From Lama guanicoe (Eukaryota): a stretch of DNA of 64,000 nucleotides. Of this stretch, positions 12,381 through 23,289 are shown one piece after another (the stretch's first letter is position 1; every line of letters starts with the position of its first letter). Under the pieces are notes generated by a model. It had not been told where the DNA came from and did not search any database. It was given only the letters and a program-made list of their open reading frames with translations. The position numbers and the translations under genes were made by a program. The DNA lies in assembly GCA_013239625.1 (NCBI GenBank), contig MU053561.1, positions 4,155,992 through 4,219,991 on the forward strand. Direction: 5' to 3'.

Positions 12381-15300
12381 GGCCAACCTCCTCCAATGGG
12401 TGCCACGACTACAACTTTTGCAGTGAGTTGAGGAGTATATGGAGCTGGGAGGATTGTGGTCTTACAGACACTCAGCTCTATGGCCTTTTCAGTTTGGATT
12501 CTGAAAATATCAGTCTTTCCTTTCCTTCTACGACTCAGCATCCAGGACTGCCCAGGTAAAAAAATTATTGAGGGATGCAAACCCTTGGTTTAATAATACC
12601 CCTCACAGGACTGTGATAAGAATTCAATAAAATCATTTCTGTAGAGCACCTAGAAAATTGCCCAGCACATAGCAGGCACTCAAAGCTAGCTCCCTCCCTC
12701 ACTGTGACAACATAACCAGGAAAGTAAATCTAACAGGATACAGACCCACATTAGGTTAGCTGCTGTCCAAGCTGACTGGCTTATGGCTCCCACCACTGAA
12801 CTGGGTGCCCGAGAGTAGGCTCAGGACAGGTGGACACAATCTCCACCAAGTGGGCATTGTGGTCAGGTGGCTCACATGTCCAGCGAGGGGTCAGAAATTG
12901 GATCCTGAGATTTAGACACATTACTGACCTCAATGACCCATCACAACTGTGGTATGAGGTAGGAATTATCATTATTCCCTGTTTACAGATAAGGACATTG
13001 GATTTATAAAGATTACATAATTCTCCCAATGCCACGCATTCTTTCTCAGGAAACAGGGTCTGTTTTTAAACTACATCATCTCCGATGTCCTTGCTGAAGA
13101 TTAAGGAGGACGGGAGAGGAACAGGCACACCCACACCCATTAACTGTGCTGGACGGCAGCCAGTTTGAGCCGAAGCCCAATTTCCCCTCAGCTCTGTGGC
13201 TCGCTCACTACCTCATCTTTATGAGGCTCCTCTCACTGCTCAGGGCCTTGGTTTCTCCATCTAGAAGGGGGATGAAATAGTCCTGTGCCTTCCACCTCCC
13301 TCCAGGGAGTGGCCGTGATGAGATCATGTCTGATTGTTGGCCTGGGCAGAGGGAAGCCCTGTCCTCCTCCTCACTTCAAGGGGACGTGCACATTCAGAAG
13401 TCATACCAGCTCGCTCCCTCCCAAAGCCTAGACCACATGGGAACTTGGGGGTTTCAACAATGGTTCTCCACCATGAGCAGCAAGTAAATGAAAGCCCAGT
13501 TCCAACCATAAACCTTCAAAGGAAAGGGGCCAGGCCAACCGGCCAAGTCTCAGTAAATTCTGGTTAGGTCTGCACATTACCCTGTGGATCTCAGGACCTG
13601 AGTTCTTTACTCTGCCTTCACCCCTAACTTTATCCCTTCCCTTGATTTTAGTCTGGCTCCAAGTCCAAGTCCTGAATTCAAACACATGAGCTGGGACATC
13701 TTTATTGGATATAGTATAAAGAAATCTCTTTACGGGGTTCCTCTGAAACATCTTACACCTACAGCTTATCAACCTCCTATATTCTTCATCTCACCCGCCT
13801 CCTCCTTTCCTTTCTCCCACCCTCACTGTCTGTCCCTTGCCCTCCTCCTATGCTACCATACACACACACACGCACAGGCACATGCACACACACCTCTAGC
13901 CACAACAAGCTGTCGAAAGGACTGATCCACTGTGAGGCTATCTCAGCAGCTCAGCCACAGAAGTGACACTCCTGTACCTGGAATGTTCCCTGGCCACCTC
14001 TTCACTGAACCCAGCCCTTCCTCCAGTCTACTTGCTCCTGAAAACCTACTTCCTCTGGAAGGTCTTCTTAGATTAATCACTTAAGAGCAGTTTCCCCTGC
14101 TCCACCCTGCCTCAATCAGTATCTTACAGCTGTTCCCACAAGCTACTTTCTCACCTCAGTTATTCACTCATCGCTTTTTCTAATGTCTCAACTGCACTTA
14201 ACCTTTATGTGTAGCTGATGTTTATTTTCTGCTGGAAAGTTATGTAGCTTTCTGATGCCTTCCCATGGTCATGTGTATGTCCATGCTTCTGTGTCAGCAT
14301 GCAGGGAGGGTGAGTTCTCTGTGCAGAATCAGATAGGGATAATAGGGAATCTGTGAAGATGAAAACAACGATGATCACATTCAACAATTATTTACTGAGT
14401 TCCTCCTATCTGCTCATCAGTGTGCTAATTTTGCTAGAGTTGGGGTGTGAGAGAGCCATTAAAAACAATAAAGCATAGTCCTTACAAGAAGAAAATAATA
14501 TCAATTCCTCACTTAACACCATAAATCAGGGTTTTTAAAGGTTTCTCAAACATTGGCATTTGATCCCTGTCCCTTTAAGATAGCCTGGTGGGAGACTGCT
14601 GTTCCCACTTTCCAGTTCAGAGATGTTCCTGGCTTGCCAAAGGTCGCACAGCACAAAGATGCCATGGCAAGGACTCCTGACCCTGGATCCAGGCTTCAAG
14701 GAAGCAAAGGCAACAATAAACCTCCAACACAAACACAAACCTTTAAGGGCAATAAACAAATTCTAAGTGATGGGTACCAAAAGGCTATGTAGAGATGACA
14801 CATGTTAAAGGCATTTGAAGAATTACAATGAGGAAGAGCTGGCCACAGTGGAGGGTCTCAGGGCGGACAAGATAAATATTGGCTAGAGATGTCCTCTGGG
14901 GACAGCACTGAGTTGCTGCCCTTCTGGCCACATGTCCTCTGCTCTGGGACAGAATCACGCTGCCCACATTGGACACAGAGAACAGCATTAGTATTCTCCA
15001 ATAAATCATTTTTATGGGCACAAGCATTGGGAAATAGTTTGAGTTTAAATGACATCTACATCCTGAAGGAAACTAAAATTAGCAGTTTATACTGCCATGA
15101 CCCATTAGTTCTTTCAACTGGACTAACCAGGACAGGAGGCTCTGCTTCCCTGGTTGATCAGCCCACAGCCCTGCCGCTCCACACTCACAGAACTTCCATA
15201 TCGCAACCAAGCCTGCAAATCCATCTAAAGTAAGATACACGCAGGTACACATAGATGTATGTGTGTGCATGTGCACGCCACCATTCCACCAATCCTCATT

Positions 15301-17900
15301 CTCCAGGTCTCTAGGAAGTCAGTTAGGCTAGTAACAGCTTTTGTTTGCATGTACCCGAGACTGACCAATGCTTCCTCTGGTCATGGGGGCTTCTTGGCAG
15401 TGTCCAGGGACCCAGGGAAGCCACACAGGCTGGCATCGGGGCAAACACAGCACCTGAAGGTTGGTTCTGGATCTGCAGCAGCCCTGGGCCCTCAACAGCA
15501 GAGTCTGTACATCTTCCATTAACTTTATGCGATTTGACTTCCTTCTGGGACCTCTTCTCGTTTCTCACTGCTGAGTGGGTGGCACTCTGATTCCCCAAAC
15601 TCTCCATAGCTTTTCCTCACCTCACAGCGCCTGCTCAGCAGAGCACATGCTCCTCTCCAGGGCTGGTTCACAGGTGTCCCCCCACCGGCTGCACTCCCCT
15701 CCCGTGCCGTGAGCTTCAGCTCCCATGGTGATCTCACTCTGTGTTTTCTGGTTCAGAACAGTTAGAGAGCAATCTCACTTGGCCTAGCTCAACGTTTCAA
15801 ACAACCAAGTCACTGGGTGGGCCCATGGGTTAGTTGCACTTAGGGCAGATGCCCTGATGGATCAGGGGCCGGCCTGGTGCACAACTGAAAGCTTTGTGTC
15901 TGTTCATACTCACCAGCCTTTCCCTCCACAGGTGGCCCGAGGCCAGGTCCTCTGTACTTCACACCTGGGACTCCACTGTAGCTTCTCAGCTGAATCCCTA
16001 CTTCCCACACTGAGCCAGGATTTGAGCCTGGATTTGCCAGGTATATTGTTCTTTAGATTATTCTCTGATGCTTCCATGTGAATATTTCCATGGTCCAGTT
16101 GACTCATCAACAGACTGCAAAACCCTCAAGGCCAGGGAGGATCTCACCTTTCCCCTGTGTGACAGGGCACTGAGTGGAACATGCCAGGCGGGCCAGAGGC
16201 ATGAATGAACGAACACATTCATTAATTTAGGGAGAAAAGAAGACTGACTGGTTGAGTATCACTGTCTAAAGCAGTTAGCCTGCAGATCCCTGGACAAATG
16301 GCCACGTCCCTCTGCACTGTTCTGGCCACGGGGCCCACTGCTCTGCCTCCTCAGGGCCTTTGGGTGCAGGCAACTGAGCCCTCAACTACCCCAGACACCC
16401 AGGCCTGGAGGGTCCAAGGAAAAGGCTTCCTTGTCTTTTAGATTATGCTGCTGAGAGCCCACATGGAATATGAGCCATCTAATTTGGTTACTGGGATTTA
16501 AGCCAAGTCCAGGAAAAGGAGAGTCAGGAGCACATTAAGAAAAGAATGTCTAGGGACAGTTTGGAGGGAGGCGAGGAGAGGGCCATCCTGAGAGTCTTCA
16601 GCACTCAGTCCACAGCTGGGCCTGTGTTCTGGGCCTGGTCCTGTTACTACCCGAGCTGTGTGTCCCCAGACAGTCTCTCATCAGTTCTGGCCATTCACCT
16701 TCCTACCTCCCAGGGTTACCGTGAAAGTCAAATGCAATCATAAATGCAAGACAGGTGTCATTAGCATCATCATCATCATCACGAGGCAGGTAACTATGCC
16801 CGGTGTGGCTTGGAGTCCCGTGGGGCTCTGCCGTCTATAACAGACACACTCACCCAGACAAACACGTCGGAAACACAGACAGTGGGGAGAAATCAAAACA
16901 AGATGCAAACACTCATGTGTGTATATATCATGTATCAAATGAAGCAAAGTAGTTGTTTATTTTAAAATACAGGATTGTTTATAGTGTGGAGCCCGAGCCG
17001 TAAGCACACAATTGACTTGAAATGAAGAGGACGGAATGACAGTAAGCCACCATCCGAGTTCCAGGTACTCTCCGTACATTGTTTCATTTCTTCTTCACAG
17101 CAGCCTTGATACTATTATCTTCTTTTTTCGCAGAGAATTAAATCAAGTGTGTATGAGACTTGGGACTTGAACTCCAAAGCTGATCCTTGTCCACTCCAAC
17201 TGGCTTCCCCCAGAACCTCAGGTTAGGAAGCACAGAAGTTGTCCAGGCCAACCACCCTTCAGAGCAGTCATGAAGACCACAGCTGGCTTCTCTGCTGGTG
17301 GGCAGCATAGACCGTGCTTGGACATCTGGGACCATCAGAAAGGTGGCTGTCCTCTAGTGCTGCAGAGGGACCACATTTGCTCCCAGGGAATCTTCCTTGA
17401 CACCCTTGTAGAAAGGGACACACATCTGTACCCAGAGAAACCTGAACAACCTGATTTTCACAATAGTCATCCAAATACCAGACAGTGTGTTCTGTTTTAT
17501 GAATGTCCCTGCATTTTAAAGAACAGAACACCAGGAACATCAATGCTAAAACAAAAGGCACATGGGAAAGGACTAGTGACCCAGAGCTGCAGGACCTAAC
17601 TGTCTCATGAACAGCCAAAGGAAGGCTGGTGGCTTGTGAATCAGTCTCCATGTCAGGGCCTTGGTGGGACAGAGCCACCCACACTCACAAACTGGGCTTC
17701 TAGGCCTTTTCAAAGATCCTAGAGCCCAATCCCCTGCTCATCTCCCCCTGAAATCAGGGGTCCCAGGGTGGGAATGGGAGCCTAGTGGTGAGGAATGGGA
17801 GTCCAAGAGGATGGTGGAAGAGCCAGACAAAGGAGCTAGTAAGGGGCAACTGGTGGCGCTTCAATCCAGGGCGAAGGACTCTCTCAGTCCAGATGTAGCC

Positions 17901-17914
17901 GTGTGTGTGTGTGT

Positions 17915-17948
<34 letters not shown>
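17901..17948. repeat. (GT)n microsatellite
   Basis: About 24 GT units with one CT interruption. Confidence 0.97.
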
Positions 17949-18747
17949 TCCTGCTGTTTATAATCAGCAAATCCATTTTTGTGGAGCTGGCTTATTTTTG
18001 CTCAATGGACCAATACCTTGAGCTTTTCAAACATGTAGAAAACAATAACAGTTTTAATAATGGGTGACTTCACCCCAGCTTCCCCTGAGAAGATGTTTGG
18101 AACCCACAGAAGACGGGAAGATAGGAAACAAGTGGGGGCCCATTCAGGACCAAGCTGCAGGATAGCCGTCTTCTCCAAGAACCTGGCAGGCCCACTCAGG
18201 CCCCCAGCCTGCTCCTCTCCAGTGACCCAGGCAGAGGAACTTTCCATCAAGGCAGGGCCTGACTCAACCTCTCCCAGGCAAACCAGACACCAGCCACCAA
18301 ACTGCCAGCACAAGAGTTTCCATAATGAGACGCTTCCAGGAAAGCCCCATAAAACCTTTACTGTAAATTCAATAAACTGGATTTCAAACATGGTGGCTGG
18401 GCTGGGGAAGACTGGAGCCACACTGCTACCCTCCACCCTCTCTGCCATCTGCGCACCCACAGAAGCAGGCATTCCAGCCCAGACAGAAACGCAGCCCCAC
18501 CCTCATCCTCATGCCAGTCCTCCCATTCCCAAGTAGCTTCTACATGCTCTCCCCATACCACCAGCGTCCTGGACCAGCTTGAGTCTTGTCAACAGAACCT
18601 CCAGACATGAGCCTAGCCACTCACGGGGTGTGAAAAACAAGTCCTCCAAGGCTCTTGAGCATCCCAGGGGCTTCAAGGAACTCAGCTCCTTGACATTTGT
18701 TGGAGCCTCTCACCTGCTTTTTTGTGCCCCATACCATCAGGACATCA

Positions 18748-19505
18748 TGGACATCAGGCGTTCCCTCCATGCAGGTTTAGAGGAAACACCTTCATGGGTA
18801 AAATCCCCAGAGGGCAGCGCTGTGATTGCCAAGTAGCAGGGATAGGAGGGGCATCTTAGGTAGAGCTGGGCCCCTGGGACAGCAGGGCTTCAATGTCAGG
18901 CTCAATGTCGATGGTCAGAAAGCGGCGGCTGTACCTGCGCACAGGCACACCATCTGGGCCCACCAGGAACTTCTCGAAGTTCCAGGAGACATCCTTGCGG
19001 CATACTGGAGACCAGGTGATGAACTTGGGGTCGGTCATGAGGACAGTGGCGTCGTCACTGGGAGTGGGCAGGGCCTCACGAAGAAAGGCGAAGAGCGGGT
19101 GCGCCTTTGAGCCGTTCACGTCACATTTCTCAAAGAGCATGAAGTTGGGCTCGAACCCGCCTCCTGGTCGGACATACTTGAGGCAGTTCAGGATCTCCTC
19201 GTTCTTCGCGTTCTCCTGATACCCAAACTGGTTGCACGGGAAGCCCAGCACGACCAGGCCCCGGGGCCCGAGGCGCCGCTGCAGCTCATTCAGCTGGGTG
19301 TAGTCCCGGACCGTCGTGCCTCAGAGCGACGCCACATTCTCAATGAGCAGCACCTTGCCCAGCAGGGAGCCCAGGCTCACCGGCGGGGCGCGCAGAGAAG
19401 GCGTATACCGTGCGCGGGGCCGCCGCCGCTAGCGCAGCCGCGGAACGCTGAGCCGCGCACATGGCGTGGGTTTGGAGAAATAAAGGAGAGCCAAGGACTA
19501 GAAAA
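18748..19505 (-). pseudogene. GPX1: Processed glutathione peroxidase 1 pseudogene (5'UTR, CDS, partial 3'UTR)
   Basis: ATG at 19462-19460 (MCAAQRSAAALAAAAPRTVYAFSARP). Sec TGA at 19323-19321 in [15 protein letters not shown], in frame with ...[19 protein letters not shown]...[12 protein letters not shown]...; TAA at 18858-18856. No intron at the Q|E exon junction. ATG-to-Sec distance is 139 nt versus 153 expected (Sec52 in artiodactyl GPX1), i.e. a 14-nt deletion near 19385 that shifts the frame. Confidence 0.96.
18752..18800 (-). promoter_or_regulatory. SECIS element core carried by the GPX1 retrocopy
   Basis: Minus strand: ATGA(18795-18792)-aggtgtttcctct-AAA(18778-18776)-cctgcatggagggaacgcc-TGAT(18756-18753), the canonical GPX1 SECIS layout. 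Confidence 0.9.
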
Positions 19506-20147
19506 GCCGAATGGCTGCAGGAGCTCAAAGAGAAAGGCCCTGAGCTGCTGAAACCGCCGCCAGCGAACCCAGAGCCCTTGGACCTGGCCTCCAAGCTCAG
19601 GGAGGCGGAGGAGACGCAGAACAGCCTGCAGGCCGAGTGTGACCAGTACCGCACCATCCTGGCCGAGACGGAGGGCATGCTCAAGGACTTGCAGAAGAGC
19701 GTGGAGGAGGAGAAGCAGGTGTGGAAGGCCCGGGTGAGCGCCACGGAGGAGGAGCTCCAGAAGTCACGGGTCACAGTGAAACATCTTGAAGAGATTGTCG
19801 AGAAGCTGAAAGGAGAACTCGAAAGTTCAGATCAGGTGAAGGAGCGCACCTCACACCTAGAGGCCGAGCTGGAGAAGCACATGGCGGCCGCCAGCGCCGA
19901 GTGCCAGAGCTACGCCCAGGAGGTGGCGGGGTTGAGGCAACTTCTACTAGAATCTCAGTCTCAACTGGACGCAGCCAAGAGTGAAGCCCAGAAACAAAGC
20001 AGTAAGCTTGCCCTGGTCAGGCAGCAGTTGAGTGAGATGAAGAGCCACGTAGAGGATGGTGATGTAGCCGGGTGGCACCAGCCATCTAAGACCATGAAAA
20101 GGAAATACACCACCCTAACATTCAATCTAGATCCAGAAGACATCTGA
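19461..20147 (+). other. Chimeric 228-codon ORF (antisense GPX1 5'UTR + RRBP1 fragment + flanking DNA); expression unknown
   Basis: ATG at 19461, 15 codons from the reversed GPX1 leader, 189 RRBP1 codons, 24 flank codons, TGA at 20145-20147. Confidence 0.3.
19506..20072 (+). pseudogene. RRBP1: Processed internal fragment of ribosome-binding protein 1 (p180) coiled-coil region
   Basis: 189 uninterrupted codons, AEWLQELKEKGP...DLASKLREAEETQ...QAECDQYR...LEKHMAAASAECQ...SEMKSHVEDGDVAG, matching the RRBP1 C-terminal coiled coil. No introns across a region that is multi-exonic in the parent gene; stops before the RRBP1 C-terminus. Confidence 0.93.
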
Positions 20148-23100
20148 CTCAGGGTAATGGAGTCACAGCATTTCCCCTTGTCCTGGTCAAAAACCTCAGC
20201 CCCTCACCCTGATCCTCAGCCAAATGCCTTACACCCCACCCTCAAAACTAAGACACTGGATTTCCTATATACATGACTTTCTCCCACACCTTTCACTCTC
20301 TTACCCAAACTGTAGCCTCACTCTGCCCTCTCAGGGCTGAGCCATGCCAGGGGTCAAAAATGCTTGCAAAGCATCTGGCTTGGGCAACGCAACCTGGGCT
20401 CTGTGTTGAGATGCAGAGACAAAAGCAGGCCTTGGGCTTCCAGGCTCTGTGCTCGGCCCACTTCACCGGGGCAAGGTGGGGATCAGGAAGGTCATGGCAG
20501 AGAGTCTGTCCTGGGAACCATGGCTGAGTGGACTGGGAAGAAGGTGATGGCTTCACTGGCAGGGCCTAGGAAGTTTGTGTTTGATCAGAAAGCAGAGAAA
20601 GCACCTCAAAACATCAGAATGGGAAGGGACTTAGACTCAGACTTTATCCAACTCCTCACTTACGTTGTGCAGATGAAGCAATGGGGGTACCGAGGGGTGA
20701 ACGGACCTGCCCAAGAGCACACATGCTTTCTTTCACACATCAGCAAGCCAACTATAGGCCAGGCACAGTGTTGCTGGAGGTTAGCCTCCCGACTCCCAAG
20801 CACTCACTCCCCAGCACTTCTTGCTTCTGAGATAACAACAGCAGGGACCCACGGAGCACGGAAGGCATAAGGCTGTGAGGCATGCTGTGGTCTAGTGTGA
20901 GGACACTGGATTCACAGAAGACTGAGGTCTACGTGGCCCCAGGTAGAAACCTCCCTGAACCTTGGTCTCTTCTTTTGGACAGTATGTCCAGTAATATCTG
21001 TATCTACACCTCACTTCCTCATTTGCTGTAAGTGTCAAATGAGATCACATATAAAACTGTGAATCACTATACAAGGTAGGAAGTGTGAAAGAGATAAGAG
21101 AGTTAGGTTAGAACTAGGAGGCTTCGCAACCCCAGCATCCCCGAGGAAATAGACACACGAGCACCTGGCTGATACCCCACAGGCCAGGTGTCCTGCCTCG
21201 CCCACTCACTGAACCACTGCTCTGAGGCAGCTTCTTAGGAGTGATTCACATCCCTGGCCCCTTTCTAGATCAGGCAGAAAGTGAAAGGCATACTGTGCAT
21301 TTCTCCTCCTCTGGGTGATAGGGTTTCACATTCCTTCCTGCCTCTTCGCAGCAGGACCACAGAATCTTCTCTGCAAGCCCGTCTAGAAGACTTCCCGCCC
21401 CACTCTGTGCAGACACTTGGGCCGTGGATATTTTCCACATTTTTTAAACTACTTTTTTGGGAAACTATTTTCCTCCAGCCCTGGACCAAAGACAAACCAG
21501 TCAGAGCTTGCAGCTGTGAGTCCAGAGGGCAGCCAGGCATTTGCCTGAAGGCTTGCAGGGCACCAGCACTGCCTGTACTTTTCCATGAATGGAGCAGGGT
21601 CAGCTTCCCAAGGAACACTGCCTGGTGGCCCGGCATCCTGGGGATTTTCCCATTTGGCTTTGGGGAAGTTGCTACAACCTGATTCCTTCCAGCTGTGGCT
21701 GAGGAACTGATGAGTGTAAGGATTCAGATTTCCATCCCTGATTTTTAAACAGAAGGTGGTCCTGATTCCCCTAAACCAGCTTCCTCTCCATGATGGATCT
21801 GAATGGTAATTCTTCCGCCTGGGTTTCTGGCATTTCCCTAACTGCCCTCCAAGTACCTACTCATTATTTGCACGTCTTAAATGCCCCAGGCTTCAGAGCT
21901 GATTGGCCTCACCAATTACCTGTACTCATACCTCAGCCCAGTCCAATCCTAGGGTGAGATGGAGAGTGAACTTCTGCCACCAACAAAACAGAGTGATGAT
22001 AAGTGGATTTGGAGGGGACGTCAGCTATATGGAGAAATGGCTAAACACATGGAATTTGGGCTCTGCCATACTCGAAGTTCAACTGGCTCTGCCACTTTCA
22101 AGTTTCTGTTATTTCCTTGAGTTTTTTTCCTCACCAGTGAAAGAGCTAACATGACTTGTCTCAGAGGACTGGAAGTAGGATTAATTTAAATGATACATAT
22201 TTTAAAAGTACTTATTACTGTGCCTGATACGAATTGATATCTTGTAATGATGAACAAGCGAGGCAGGGTGATGGGACCTACCCATCTTCTCCTGCCAGAA
22301 TTATGATCCAGTGAAAGAAGGGAAGATGAGGACAAGGCAGACACAGGGAACAGCACAGAAGGACAATCTCTCCATTTTATGAGTTGCACAAGATAGCTGG
22401 GTTTTTGTGGCTGAGGCCTGCCAGGGAAGAAGAGGTGCTGGCTCTAGCCTGGCCCTTGGAGAACTCAGAGAAACTGGAATCTTCAGCGAGCTCACATGTG
22501 GTTCAAAAGCAGCCTTCCAATGTGACAAGCTGAACCGCATGCCCCAGATACGACCTATTTTCCTGCTGGGCTGATCCCCCTGCAACACAATGGGCTTCTT
22601 TCCATTCCGCACCCCACTCCTCAGCTTCTGCCACCAGCCCCACCAATATCCGTTTCTTCCTGCAAAACCTTGGAACAAAACTATCACTTGACACTACATT
22701 TTTCTTAAGTTCTGGTTGGCAGAACAGTATGTATAGGATGATCATTCTAGTAATGCTAAAATATAAATATCAATGATTAGAAAACTATATGCCAAGGCAA
22801 CTATATTCCAAGGTTGACAGTGATGATCTAATGTCTGCAAGGGGTGGAATTAGAGGTCATTTTTATTTTCAACTTCATGCTTTTCTGTGTTTTCCAAATG
22901 AACAATTTTAGGTTTTATAAAAAGAAAATAATTTTTTTAAGAAAACTAAGTTTATCACTGGCTTTTTTACATGTCCATTAAATCATGCACTCTCCTTCTT
23001 AAATCTTTTTGATAGCTTCTCATGCACATAGAACAAAATTCAAACTCCTTTTCCATGGCCTACAAGGCTAGACATGACCCAGACCCTCCACATGGCTCCA

Positions 23101-23289
23101 GCCCCATCTCCTACCGTTCTTGTCCTCATCCACCAGCTCCAGCCTTGACAGCCTCCTCCTGGGTGAGAATGCAGCTTCACCACTTATTAGCTGTGTGATC
23201 TCAGGAAGCTTACTTAACCCCTCGTTCCTTGGTTTCCAATTCTGAAACAACAACAAAAAAGGGCATACTAACAGTATCAGTATCTGTAC

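Noticed and set aside
18826..19774. ORFs 18826-19110, 18893-19219 and 19340-19774
   Set aside because: Antisense shadows of the GPX1 and RRBP1 coding sequences; the last merely runs into the frameshifted GPX1 N-terminus.
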